A program made the translations under genes and the position numbers. DNA of 64,000 bases from Vairimorpha necatrix (lineage: Eukaryota), in NCBI GenBank assembly GCA_036630325.1, contig CP142729.1, positions 1,054,001 through 1,118,000 of the forward strand. The letters are read 5' to 3'. The notes under the pieces were generated by a model. It worked only from the letters and a program-made list of their open reading frames with translations, had not been told where the DNA came from and searched no databases. Numbering within the stretch: position 1 is the stretch's first letter; each line of letters starts with the position of its first letter. This document shows positions 14,223-26,349 of the stretch, piece by piece.

Positions 14223-14992
14223 ATGGATACTACCACATATTCTATAATTAACCAATGAAATCTTAAACGCGGATGCTACGCTAGAAAGATCAATGATGGG
14301 CAACTATTATTGATTAGATATATCACCATTGCTTCATTGGTTAATTTATACTACAAATAAAGAAAATCCATCAACGACATCCGAACACTAATAAACGCTC
14401 TTTCTTCTGTAATTCTGATAAGATAAACTTTTGGAAAACAAAAAATAATCTTTTCCTTCAAACTATAAAAATCGGGTTTCACGGCTTTCCAAACCAAAGC
14501 ATCATTGAATGCTTCCTTGCTCCTAGGTAAAGACGCCAACTAGCGATTAAGAATCTACATATCGGCGAGACTGAGAAAAAAACACAAATTTGACATACCT
14601 GCTAATCGCACTTAAGTATGCATAAATTAAAGTCATGTATTATTAAGTATTATTACATTGGATATGTTGTAATAACTTACTACTATTTAATGATTATCTA
14701 AGTTTAGAGGCCAGCGCTGAACATATATATTGACAAGTATCCCGAATCCGGCTGGCGAAAAATATACGATGACAAGGCGCCATAGTAGTGAACCCCAATC
14801 GGGCCGCAAAAGTAGAGGTCTAGATAAAAAGGTTTAAGAAACTAGATCATAGAGGTTGTTAATATATTCATAAGAAAAGACAAAGAATAATTCTGATATT
14901 AAAAACTAGTGTATGCACACCCGTTCTGAGAACGGGTTGTTTGTGTTTGCATGGGTACATGTTTTAATTTTATCACATTAAATTTATTCTTT

Positions 14993-15097
14993 AAAAAAAT
15001 GGCATAGTTTCTGTACGCTCACGGCGCATTTTATCATCTTTTATCTTGTTTTTGTTGAAAAAAAATGGCATAGTGCTTGTACGCTCACGGCGCATTT
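14993..15097. repeat. Two ~38-bp direct repeats in the Helitron 3' region
   Basis: aaaaaatggcatagt...tgtacgctcacggcgcattt at ~14993-15030 and ~15060-15097. Confidence 0.85.
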
Positions 15098-15113
15098 CTT
15101 AATCTCTTGGCTC

Positions 15114-16637
15114 TTATGGGCCAATTAGTTCACGTAGAACTACATTTTTGACATTGCCCCTGTTTTCCCCCAACTTGACTCTCAAGTTTTCACTCTTCTT
15201 CACTCTTGACAAAGCTACGTATAATTGACCATGAGAAAATACATCCTCAGGCAAATACACTCCCACTTTGTCAAAAGACTGTCCCTGTGCTTTATGTATT
15301 GTCATCGCATATGACAATACCACAGGAAACTGTCTTCTTTTAAGTACAAACGGAAGAAGAGTGTCACTTGGCATCATGTCTATCTTTGGTATAACAGCAA
15401 GGGTGCCGCTTCCCCTTCCTGTTATTATTTCACCTAAGATGTAATTATCTTTAAGACCTTTTATCTTCAATCTGGTCCCATTTAATAATCCATTCTTAGG
15501 ATCAATATTGCGTAACAACATCACTATTGCCCCTATCTTCAATACTAACTTATGTGGAGGAAGTCCTGATGGCTGTTGCATGTTCAAGAACTCAAGAGGA
15601 AATCTCAGTTGTTCTTCGATATCCTCTGATTCTATAGCATCAGAACTCACATATACCCTCGAAGATCCATTAAGTAGGTTTAACACTTTGGCATTCAATT
15701 CATTTGCATGTTCATTTTTGCTCGTTAAGATAATCTTATCAAACAAAGAATCATCACCTGCTTCAATTTTGATTGTTCCAAAAATGCTATCGACTATGTC
15801 CCCTTCTTCAAGATATTCTTTGGGTATCTCCACACATCCTTTACTATCTCTAGTACGCCCCTCACCTATATCTAACAACCACTTATTAAACTCCAATTGA
15901 TTATAAGATCTCATGTTCGTTTCAAGCTTTAGTACACAGACATGTACCCAAAGTCTTGAACTAATTAATGAGTTCTCGATGATATCATTTGGAGTACCCT
16001 TCATTACAATGGTTGATGTCTGTCTAAAGTCACCACCCAACAATAGAGTTTTCCCTCCAAAGATATCATCATTGTCACAGAGTCTTTTAAGCACCTCATC
16101 TATTGCGTTCAATGCATGTTTTGACATCATTGAAACTTCATCTATTAGCAATAAAGAGGCCTTTATTATTTTCTCTGCTTCAGGAGTATTTCTTTTTAAT
16201 CTAGATACGCTGGTCTCTGTCAAAGGAACAGGAAGTTTCATACAGCTATGCATTGTTCTTCCTTTCTTTAGCAGATCTGCAGCAATACCTGTGGTTGCCA
16301 TTTGAATTGAAGATTTCCCATTCTTACTTAGATACTCAATCAGGACATTGTATAAATACGTCTTCCCCGATCCAGCTGGTCCATCTAAAAAGAATAAATT
16401 GCCCTTTTTATCAATATTATCTGTTATTTTATCAAAAGCATCCCTCTGCTTTGCATTTAGAGAGGAGATCATCTGATCTAGATCTTTTCCATTATCAGAG
16501 ATAGTTTTTGCCTTCACGATATAGTTAATCGGCTCATCTAAACCCAGAGCATTTAGACTCCATCCATGAGCATTGACAATATCTTTTAATCTACTTAATA
16601 TTTCGTCTCTACTATTCTGATCTAGATCTTCAGACAT
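15114..16637 (-). CDS. Helitron PIF1-family SF1 helicase domain (C-terminal part of RepHel)
   Basis: GPAGSGKT, LLIDEVSM, LGGDFRQ, RRQFP..YAMTIHKAQGQS, HGQLYVALSR. Confidence 0.95.
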   Translation of the reverse strand: MSEDLDQNSRDEILSRLKDIVNAHGWSLNALGLDEPINYIVKAKTISDNGKDLDQMISSLNAKQRDAFDKITDNIDKKGNLFFLDGPAGSGKTYLYNVLIEYLSKNGKSSIQMATTGIAADLLKKGRTMHSCMKLPVPLTETSVSRLKRNTPEAEKIIKASLLLIDEVSMMSKHALNAIDEVLKRLCDNDDIFGGKTLLLGGDFRQTSTIVMKGTPNDIIENSLISSRLWVHVCVLKLETNMRSYNQLEFNKWLLDIGEGRTRDSKGCVEIPKEYLEEGDIVDSIFGTIKIEAGDDSLFDKIILTSKNEHANELNAKVLNLLNGSSRVYVSSDAIESEDIEEQLRFPLEFLNMQQPSGLPPHKLVLKIGAIVMLLRNIDPKNGLLNGTRLKIKGLKDNYILGEIITGRGSGTLAVIPKIDMMPSDTLLPFVLKRRQFPVVLSYAMTIHKAQGQSFDKVGVYLPEDVFSHGQLYVALSRVKKSENLRVKLGENRGNVKNVVLRELIGP

Positions 16638-16652
16638 ATCTTCAAGAAACTT

Positions 16653-19418
16653 CTAAAAGAGCTCTTTGGTATTTTTTGGCTTATTAAAAGCACAAATATA
16701 TCCAAACAATGCTCTTATTATTGATGGGGACTCGGTTGCCACTGCCTCATCCAAAGCCCTTTCCCATTCTTTATCATCTTGAAGAAGTCCTCTCTCTTCC
16801 ACTGCTTCTGCAAAATAACTGTAAACTACACCATTTACAGTTCTCAAATCCTCATATGATTTAGCCCCCTTTACATTGATCAATAGGACTCTGAGGCTAA
16901 ATCTTTCCTTCTCTATTGGAGATACAGAATAAAGTCTAGTAATTATCTTACTATACTTATTCTTTCTCCTAATCCATTCTCCCTTTTTATATGTATAGTG
17001 ATAGGGTATCTCACTATACGAAAATTGACGTGCCCCTTCATCAACTTCATTTAATTTGAAGTAGGCTAAAAGAGGAGTCTGTCTAAGATCAGACAATCTA
17101 ACAGCTTCCTCTTCTCTGCCTTCTTCGAAAGTGATCAATTGTTCTTGTGGAAGATGCACAGGAAGTCTATGGATCTTATGAGATCTTCCATGCATCTTGT
17201 ATTCCATTAATCTCCAGGTAGCCTCTGGTGCTGAGACATATCTGGAATTCACAAAATGATCAATTTCATTGTTGTCGGTTATTCTCATTTCTGCACAATC
17301 AAATCCCTTGTAAATATACTTGAAAATATACTTTACTGAAATGATAGAAGTACAAACTTCTACATTGATATGACAGTTGTATTTTTCAAGCAAATAAGCA
17401 TTATAGGGGACCACGTTAGCATTAGTAACAATGTTTCCCCTTACATTGTACTCGGTCCCTCTTATTCTTCGGTATTCAGGATATCCGTCATTATTTATCT
17501 TTGTTTCAAAGTTATATTCTTTGGGATATTCTTTCGTGCAGACACCATTTTCCATGCATGGACTTGTCAAGTAACTTAGTCCACATGGTCCATGAATCAT
17601 ATGTTTTGTTACACAGTTGTGTAACATCTCATTTTCCATGGGAGATGGTATTTCTGCACTCACATACTTATCTATTCTTTCTTCATCCCGAATCTTATCC
17701 TTTAACATTATCAATATGTGAGCATGAGGAAGTCCACGTTTTTGAAACTCAATAGAATAGACATGAGCCACAACTTCCCCAAATACTCTTCCTGACAAAA
17801 TCTCCTCCATCATGCTTTTTAATTTCAAGTTAAAGACCTTTGCTACCAAATCAGGCCTATCAACTGCTGTCTGTCCCTCAAATAGATTCTCCTTTATCTC
17901 CTTCCAATTTGGATTGCAAGTCATAGTAATGAAAAGATCGGGCTTTCCGAAATTTCTTACAATTGACATTGCATCATGGTATCTCTCTCTCATATTTCTT
18001 GGAGATCCTTGGAAACTTGATGGTAAGATCACGGGCTTGGCAGAACTTTCTGACCCATTATTTACATAATCTACCAAACCTTTGTAAAGATCTACCCTCA
18101 ACTTCTTTTGATTTAATTTTATGAAGTTTAAATTATTTGCTTCTACTTGTAGATATGAATCTACAATCCATTGTTGAAACAACTTTCCTCCATAAAGCAA
18201 AGGGTTGAATCTATCTTTTCTTATGGATATCTGTGCTACTTTGTATTGTAACAAAGATATCTTCTGTGCCTCTCCTAGATAAGACTCCAGCCTCAAATTT
18301 GCATTCCATCCAGCTTCGCCATGTGGATAGAACAAAGTATATGTCATTGGATCTAAATGTGGACTTAAAATATCCAAGTGTAAATTATCAGAATTAAAAC
18401 CCTTGCTATATACTTTAATGTCCCTCTCAAATGGGGGTTCTCCATTTGGATCAGTGAAAATCATTGCGATTTCACTTGTAGAGGGAGCATTATATCTTCT
18501 CTGATCTCTATCTAAATTCTTATTAAAGACCATAGAAATGTCTTTAACTTCTTTCCCCACTTCCTTTTGCTCCTTTATTATTTCAGACATATTTTTATAC
18601 GCATTGGAATATGGATTGGCTGATCTTATAAATCCATCTAATTTGCTCATGATATATATATCACAATTTCTATTAGATGGATTCGTCATTCTTTGTGAGT
18701 TTGCCATATCACTATCCACTACATATAATTGGGCATATTTCTTTGGTGTATTAGATTCCATATTATTTACATTATAAGTGTTATGATACACTTGTCCATG
18801 TATTTTGAATACATATGGACCATTAGACACAGTTTCTATTTGAGCACCAAGAGAAGCAAAAGAAAGAGCAGCATTGTAAGATCTAATATTTTCTTTGAAG
18901 TTCTTTCCATCTTTATCTTTTCCAATGAATAAATTCTTAATCTCATTTGGGAAGTTTCTAGTTCTTTGTAATTTGACTTTCCCAAAATGACAGCAGCTTT
19001 TGTATAATCCATTACTGCTTGCTTCTCCAGCAAAATGTAATGCACCACAAAAGGCACATTCTTCTTTCAGATCTCCACAATAATGTTCGGCGTGGTTTCT
19101 GCTAGTAATTCTGCAAGCTAGATCTAGTTTTTCTGTCAAAGTTTGCATTGTTGTGTTATCTGTTAATCTAGCTGTTTTTTCTGTGCTGTTTGTTGGATTA
19201 AGAATTGTTTTGTTTTCGCCAGAGAAACTGAATATGAAATTCCTTTTTTTTGTTTCTCTGACATTTGTTTTTTTATTTTTTGTGTTATGTACAGAGGCAT
19301 TGGCCCCATAGAAAATAACATTGTCATTTTCAGTATTACTACATATCTCCTGAGAGATAGTGATAGTTGCTTTTGGTTGTTCACTAAAATCGCAATTTGT
19401 TTGATTTTTCGTAAACAT
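16653..19418 (-). CDS. Helitron Rep HUH endonuclease (N-terminal part of RepHel)
   Basis: PDLFITMTCNP, YSIEFQKRGLPHAH, KYIFKYIYKG and an N-terminal CxxC..CC motif. In frame with the helicase across a single TAG. CCCC precedes the ATG. Confidence 0.95.
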   Translation of the reverse strand: MFTKNQTNCDFSEQPKATITISQEICSNTENDNVIFYGANASVHNTKNKKTNVRETKKRNFIFSFSGENKTILNPTNSTEKTARLTDNTTMQTLTEKLDLACRITSRNHAEHYCGDLKEECAFCGALHFAGEASSNGLYKSCCHFGKVKLQRTRNFPNEIKNLFIGKDKDGKNFKENIRSYNAALSFASLGAQIETVSNGPYVFKIHGQVYHNTYNVNNMESNTPKKYAQLYVVDSDMANSQRMTNPSNRNCDIYIMSKLDGFIRSANPYSNAYKNMSEIIKEQKEVGKEVKDISMVFNKNLDRDQRRYNAPSTSEIAMIFTDPNGEPPFERDIKVYSKGFNSDNLHLDILSPHLDPMTYTLFYPHGEAGWNANLRLESYLGEAQKISLLQYKVAQISIRKDRFNPLLYGGKLFQQWIVDSYLQVEANNLNFIKLNQKKLRVDLYKGLVDYVNNGSESSAKPVILPSSFQGSPRNMRERYHDAMSIVRNFGKPDLFITMTCNPNWKEIKENLFEGQTAVDRPDLVAKVFNLKLKSMMEEILSGRVFGEVVAHVYSIEFQKRGLPHAHILIMLKDKIRDEERIDKYVSAEIPSPMENEMLHNCVTKHMIHGPCGLSYLTSPCMENGVCTKEYPKEYNFETKINNDGYPEYRRIRGTEYNVRGNIVTNANVVPYNAYLLEKYNCHINVEVCTSIISVKYIFKYIYKGFDCAEMRITDNNEIDHFVNSRYVSAPEATWRLMEYKMHGRSHKIHRLPVHLPQEQLITFEEGREEEAVRLSDLRQTPLLAYFKLNEVDEGARQFSYSEIPYHYTYKKGEWIRRKNKYSKIITRLYSVSPIEKERFSLRVLLINVKGAKSYEDLRTVNGVVYSYFAEAVEERGLLQDDKEWERALDEAVATESPSIIRALFGYICAFNKPKNTKELF

Positions 19419-20286
19419 AATGGGGGTAAAGAAAAAAAAAAGTATTTATAGTTTTTAAAATTAAAATTCCATTTTGGGAAAGAAGAAAACAAAAATGAGA
19501 AAATGATTTTTTATAAATAGCTTTGATATTAGTCTAAATATTAATTAATTGAGTTTGTTATTCAGTTGATAAATTTCTAATGTTTGTAAATCAACTTTAT
19601 TATGTTTGTTTCTTGTTTTGATTTTTGAATTTCCATTTCTGGTAGGAAGAATTAAAAAGGAGCAAATGTGATTTTTAGAAGTTAAGTATTATTATTGAAT
19701 CAACATAGCAGTGGTAAAGTTAATTCAGTAACAAATTTTAATCCAATTGAGTTAATTTCACACATTAGTAACAAATTTTTTCTACATTTTGTTTCATATT
19801 GTTTTTGTTTTCTTTTTCTAAAAGGAAGAAATTATAAAGGAGAAAATCATATTTCTAATAATTTCAAAAATGATTTATATACAAAATATAAATAATGTAT
19901 CTGGTCTAAAATTGTCTATAAAATACAGTGAAAGCATTTAATTTTGTTTTAAAACAAAAATTTTACCATTTTAAATTTTCTCTTTTTTTGAGTTTTAGGG
20001 GTAAAAAATTAAATAAAATTCTTTTATATATATGATTTATTTTATTCGCTTATCTTTTATAGTATTTTTCTTTGTACAACATCTCACCTATAATGCATAA
20101 AAAAGAAAACAAGTCAATTTAACATCTTAGAAGATGATTTTCAAAAAAAATTTAACAACAAGATACCGGACATTATAAATGTAAGTATGTTTTAAAAATT
20201 CTGTCAATTAAACAAAATATAAAGAACCATTGTAGTTCTAAAGAATTTTTATTCTATTTCCTAATGTCTTTAATACTAAAATTTAT

Positions 20287-20855
20287 GGTACATGATCGTT
20301 TTGAACCCGCTTTGAAAATTTAAAGGACCCCTTTCAAAAAATGGCAAAAGCAATGTTTGTTGAGACAAATGAACTTTTTAGTAATGAAATGAATTTAAAC
20401 TTGGAAATAAAATGAGTTTTTTTGGAAACATTCGATGCTGAATCATCGTGCGCCTTGGTCGTTCCTGAAACTATTAGAAATATCTATAGCCTTAGGTAAT
20501 ACAAGATTATGTATGGCCTGTTTCGATTATGATCACTAATCAATGGGTAATATATGAGGCAACATTAGACAAGTAAAGGTATGGAGCACAGAACTCTGAA
20601 TTACTCCATCAACTATGTAAATCCTAGCGATCCTAAGAAACAATACCAAATTATTTAGTTGTTTTAGCTCAATTTTAAAAGAACAAGTCATTCTATGCAT
20701 GGAATAAACCAGAACGAACACTATGAGTACCTTTACATATCCCTGGCCATTCAAATCATTCAAAATCAACGAATAAATCGGTAAGTCTTTTTTTATAATT
20801 TTTTTATTATAACCTTTTTTGAAATTTTAAAAGCGGGTTAAAACGGGCATGTACC
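20287..20855. mobile_element. Non-autonomous Merlin-type element (MITE-like)
   Basis: TIRs GGTACATGATCGTTTTGAACCCGC / GCGGGTTAAAACGGGCATGTACC; perfect 8-bp TSD AAATTTAT (20279-20286 and 20856-20863). Confidence 0.85.
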
Positions 20856-21497
20856 AAATTTATTAGTGATTTTTGTAGTTTTGCTTATTTATACTGGAAA
20901 TTATTGTTTGTAAAATAATTTCGGGACTGCAAACCCATGCCTTTACACACTCTTTTTTTCTGTAAAGTCTTTTTAGAATCCGGGGCTGTGTATTTCCCAT
21001 ACAAAAATAATCTACAGACTTTCCGCTGTTGTTAACTGAACCTGTTTGTTATTCCAAGGGGAATTGCTTATTGTAAATAGCATCACAAATGAACCTTCAT
21101 GCAAAAATATTTTGCCTATAAGTAGTTTATTTGCACCGAGCTATATGTATAGATGATGTGAGATGTAGATATATGTTCTGTTGTTGCTCGTCAATACTTT
21201 TCCTTTTTTATTCTTTAATAAATTATCTTGGGTATAATGAATATTTATTAATTGTACACTTTATAACTCAACTCCAAGATATCTTAAAGAAATAGCAGAT
21301 AAAAAAAATATAATGAGTAAATATTGTTAATAAAGAATATTTGTGTGAAGATAAAATGAGTAATAAGCAAAAGAATAACACATACTTTTCTCTCCAGAAA
21401 CGCTGATTACTTTGAACAAGTTCTCTTGCCTAATCGACAAATGTACTCTTTAATTTTTTTGTATTTGTTTCTTAAGACATTTTCACTCCAAACCAGG

Positions 21498-23858
21498 GGT
21501 GTCCGGAGAATTCACCGACCATCAATTCACCGACATCAATTCACCGAAAATCAATTCACCGACAACAAATTCACCGACAACAAATTCACCGACCAACAAA
21601 TTCACCGACAACAAATTCACCGACAACAAATTCACCGAAAAATTGAAATATGTATTTTTTATGAGTATATTTATGATATACATATTTAATTTAAATTTTT
21701 TTTTTGTATGGATCATAAATATTGTGCAATATAGCATTTGAATATTACTATATTTATATAACTAAATAAATTAAAAAATAGGAAAAGTATCAAAATGATC
21801 ATAAACATAAAAAACTAATTAAAAATAATAGAAAACATAAAAATCTAATAATTTATTATTAAAATGTCAGATTATGGGCAATGGCACGAATATATTCTAT
21901 AATATTTTCTCGATTAAAATTGGACACTATATTTAGAAGTCTCGTTCTACAATCGCGATATTTTTTTTTAGACGTAGGAGCATTAAAACCAGACAAAAAT
22001 TGTTCTATTCGAACTTCATTTTGAGATTGTTCCTTTTTTAAGCAATTGATAAACTTCCAAATATTCAGGTGAGTACCACCAGCTTGCGACTCGAACCCAC
22101 GATGCCAACCTTCGACCGAGTTGTTAGTCCTCGGTAGACCATCTATTGTTCTGGAGTACATATTCCATATCTCTGATGCAAATTTCGGGGCTCGACGCTG
22201 TCTTCGGTTTGGGCGGCCAATCCAAGTATCTTCAAAATAATCTAAGACGGGCAGAGCTTCGATGGGCAGTATTCTGTAAGACAATTCTTCAAAAACTTCA
22301 ACAACAAAATTGGAAGGTACAAATGCTATGGCGGCCAGCGATCTTATTTGCAGTGCAAATTCTGGATCTGTATTGTACAGTAGTTTGAGTCCATGATTTT
22401 GAACGGCTCGAAAAATGCACTGTGAGAAATGAAAAAAGCATCCTTTTACACTTGCACCAGGAAACTGTACTGAAATAGCATTCATCATGGCTTTTTCAAA
22501 ATCTACAGTTATGGATTGCGGATTTAATGATAGTTCCAACTCTTTTAAAGTGCAAAGAAATTTAGAATACGTTTGCTCTAATTTATTTGGCAATAAAGCG
22601 AAGACCAAGGGAATAGAAGCACTTTGTTTTAGCCCGTGAATTGTGTACAGTTGATGAAATAATAATGGTACGGTTTTAAAGGTGCCATCTGCGTACCAGT
22701 GTTGACTATCTGCCAAAAGCCGTAAATTGTGAGTCGTCGAAAAAATTAAAATTCTTTTTTTATCTGGTCCAGAATCATATAGCAAAAAGGGTTCCCCTCT
22801 TGTCGTTTCTTTGAATTCGTCTGTGAATGTAATTTCTTGCCGCGAATTTAAGGAGTGCGGGGCTAGTTTCTGCAATTTGTCGAATTTACCGAACGCTACG
22901 CTTCATATTGTCAATCGATGGCAATTTTGGAGCTGCAGCATGGCTGCATAGAGATAAACAATCTGATATAATAGATTGTGGCGCTTCTCTAGAGCTTTTT
23001 GCCAAGGCTAGAACATTAGCATATATTTTATCGGCTTCGACTTTAGCAGCATCTCCCGAATGGTTGTGTTCGCCAAACACTTTAATTTCCCCATTAGACA
23101 TTGTAATCACTCTACACTTGCACTTGTACTTTTGATAGTATTCACATTTCCAATATATTTTGGATAGTTCCCAAACATCTTTTTTTTTAAAGAAAAGATG
23201 ACCTTCTAAAATTAATTTTTTCTTCCCCTTTTCTGAGAGTAAATATTCGATCTGCATTATTGAAATTAGGGGTTTAGAATTAAAAAGTTAAAATATTTAA
23301 AAAGAGTTGTGCCATTTTAAGTAAAGTATAGATCTTTCTTCGCAAACCTGCGCCTTACCAATTGTGCCTAGGATACCTTCATTGCACTTTGGTATCGAAT
23401 TGGATGAGACTTTATTACAATATGTCTAGATAGAACATTACACCCCAATGCAATGTAAAAACATTAATGTTACAAGTATACTAGTACATTTTATGTCATA
23501 ATTTTGAGGAATTGTTGTCGCGTTGTTTCATAATCTTTCTTTTCAGATTAATTTTTAATGAACATTTTGATACTTTTTCTATTTTTTAATTTATTTAGTG
23601 ATATAAATATAGTAATATTCAAATGCTATATTGCACAATATTTATGATCCATACAAAAAAAAAATTAAATTAAATATGTATATCATAAATATACCCATAA
23701 AAAATACATATTTCAATTTTTCGGTGAATTTGTTGTCGGTGAATTGCTGTCGGTGAATTTGTTGTCGGTGAATTTGTTGTCGGTGAATTGATTTTCGGTG
23801 AATTGATGTCGGTGAATTGATGTCGGTGAATTGATGGTCGGTGAATTTTCCTAGAACC
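21498..23858 (-). mobile_element. Mutator-like element (MULE) with ~300-bp TIRs containing 15-bp tandem repeats
   Basis: 9-bp TSD CAAACCAGG (21489-21497 and 23859-23867); TIRs ~21498-21802 and ~23558-23858; AATTCACCGACA(T/A)CA arrays at both ends. Confidence 0.93.
21859..23257 (-). pseudogene. FLYWCH + MULE DDE transposase, broken by one stop and one frameshift near 22850-22890
   Basis: YWKCEYYQKYKCKC..HNH (FLYWCH); WYADGTFK, ITVDFEKA, GCFFHFSQ, RTNNSVEGWH. Confidence 0.9.
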
Positions 23859-25412
23859 CAAACCAGGTAAGTTTATTTATATATATCTATTGGGGTTATA
23901 GATTAGACATCTCCCTGCATACAAACTTTTGTCAAATAGTCTTGCTGCCCATTTTTTTTTAAGCAATATGTCCCAAAAGCGCCGCGATTGTATTTATTTT
24001 TTATTTTATATTGTTCATATTAAGGTTCAAGCAAGCTTTTACATGTTGCACACAATTTATATTTAATTAGTGGTTTGTATATTTATTTTATAATCACCTT
24101 ATCATTTATTGAATACATGGCCTTATTGGCAATATGGTCCCATCCTATTCACATAGATATTATAAATTATGATTTTAGAAGTGGAATTATCTGTTTTTTG
24201 TTAAATTATCTTTATTAGTACTATTTGCATCATTTTTTCTTTTATTTAATTTTTTTTAATCTATCATTATTTTCTTTTGCATTTAATTTATACAGCAATT
24301 AGAGATGCTATGTTTATCATTTATTTTAACATAGGGAATTATAGAGAATGTAAATAGTTTTCGGTGCTTTTGATTTATATTTATTATTCTTAGATTTTTC
24401 TCAGTAGCATATTGTGTATTATGAGACTTTATACTATGTATCGAACACCATTTACTTTTTCTAAGATGCCTGCTCATATTTCTCTATTTCTTGATCATCA
24501 TATTATGAAGTCCTCATAGATATGCGCTAAAGCTTTTTACATTATAATACCTTAAATTTTTATGAAAAAAAACAAGTTCTGTCGTATAGTAATATACCAT
24601 CTAATCTTTTAAGTTTTATCAAAGTATAGTTTCTTGGCCATCTACTAAAACACTCGTATTATTTTTAATCCGACTCTTTCTTATTATAAACAAGCATCAC
24701 ATCATAGATTTTTTAATAGAATCTCTTCATAATAGTCAATAATTCATGACAAATCGACCTGCTTTATTTTTCTAATTTTAATACAAGTAATCTGAACTCT
24801 AGGTTAAAATATAAAATTCTCTTAATTTCCTTTCTCATGGTTTATAGTTGGTGCTTGTAAACGCATTTTCAAAACTTCTATCTACATTTTCAGAACGGTT
24901 AAAATTCACTTCTGTTCATCATTAACTCATTGTCAAATAACAATGCTTAAAATCGCAATCTCTATGTACATTTCTAATTTTTTTTATTTTTTCTTCAATT
25001 ATTATTGATGTTCTAAATTTTTTAACCAAAACAAATATGGATATAAATAGTCTCCATTTGTTAGTCCACTAATATATCTAAATTTCTGTAGATCATATAA
25101 ATGACTATTAGCGCTTAATGAGCTCATTCTATGATAGTAAGAGAAAAAAGTTTTCTACGAAATATCAACCAAAAAAATTGTTCTTATATAAGAAACAAAT
25201 AGCAAGACTATTTTTTCGTTTAAGTCAATTTATTTTTCTTGTGATATCATCTGCATTTTATTATGTAACATTTTGTTGTAGACTAGATAGATTTCCACAA
25301 TATGTCGATTTTCTCATTCTTTAAAAATGAATTTTCTTAAAGTGAGGAGTTCGACAAAAAGGGACAAGATCAGAGGATCGTTCGAGAAAGGAGATAAAGA
25401 AGTTTAAGATAA

Positions 25413-26348
25413 TTTTATATTCTGTAATATGATTGACCCCAATTTATGATAAATAAAGACATGGCGAACACAAGAAACAAAAAGTCAGCTAGTGAGGACG
25501 GTGGTCAGGTGATCAGAACGATATGGAATGAGTTTAGTATTATTATGTTTGGATTGAGATTGAAGAAACAGAAAGAGATCGAATTGAAAGATATTTATAG
25601 TTTGAGTATAGAGATTTTGAGAAATTTTATGGTAGAATATGTGAGGAAGGAGGACGGAATTGAGAAAATTGAGAAAATTTTAGAAGAGATGTATAGAGTA
25701 GAGGAAGAGCAGAGAGGAGAGATTGAACAGCAGAGGCGTTGGGCTGTGAGAAGAAGAGTTATAAGATGTTATGAGTGTCGGAGAATGGGACATAAGAGTG
25801 ATAGATGTTATTACAATTATAAAGTAACAGAAAATAAAAAGGAGTACAATGCAGTCTACGAAGATGATAGTAGTGTTAGTGAGCGGGGGGGGGATATAGG
25901 ACGACAGCAGACGCGAAGAGGCAAAAGAAGCCTAAAAGTAGAGAACTTTCAAAAAGAAAAAATGAAGTTAGGCAGCTGGAAGCGTTTTGGACTTGAAGAA
26001 CTGAAGACAAAATATAGGAAAGTGTTTAGTTCAGGAGACGAGGTTATAAATATTGTACGATTGAGAAATGTAAGATAAAAACACAAGAGGGTGCTAAAGT
26101 AGTGGAGAAAGGGCAGTGTATACCTCAAGCATTAATGGAGAATACTGAAAATTTTATTAAAAGACTGGAAAAGAGGAAGGTAATAAGAAGGTCGAATTCG
26201 GAATGGAGAAATCCAAAAAGAACATTAAGAAAGCCAGATGGCGGAATAAGGTTAGTGAGTAATTTGATGGCCTTGAATGATTTGGTTGAAAAGGATCCTT
26301 ATGAGTTAGTAAATATAAGAGACATAATTAGGAATACACATGGTTAAA
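25413..26348 (+). mobile_element. 5' part of a Ty3/Gypsy element (short-LTR lineage, no protease), truncated at a SINE
   Basis: LTR ~25413-25461 ending ATGATAAATAAAGACA|TGGCGAACAC; gag 25446-26078 with CYECRRMGHKSDRC; RT start SEWRNP..KPDGGIRLV. Confidence 0.85.
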
Positions 26349-26349
26349 C

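Larger units (their letters stand above)
14906..20035 (-). mobile_element. Helitron, near-intact
   Basis: 3' end has hairpin ACCCGTTCT-C-AGAACGGGT (14919-14937) then CTAG|T at 14906. Candidate 5' end A|TCATATATATAAAAG at 20035 is less certain. Encodes Rep and PIF1 helicase. Confidence 0.88.

Noticed and set aside
15508-18932. Plus-strand ORFs over the Helitron, and minus-strand ORFs over the gag-pol genes
   Set aside because: Antisense shadows of long coding frames, with no motifs.
21509-21640. 15-bp tandem array as a CRISPR or repeat-protein ORF (21426-21741, 23670-23861)
   Set aside because: No unique spacers; the array is mirrored at the other end of the MULE as part of the TIR, and the ORFs are by-products.
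22870-22895. Small intron repairing the MULE transposase
   Set aside because: The GTAAAT..CAG candidate gives the wrong phase, the in-phase donor GTTCGG is non-consensus, and the skipped residues look coding.
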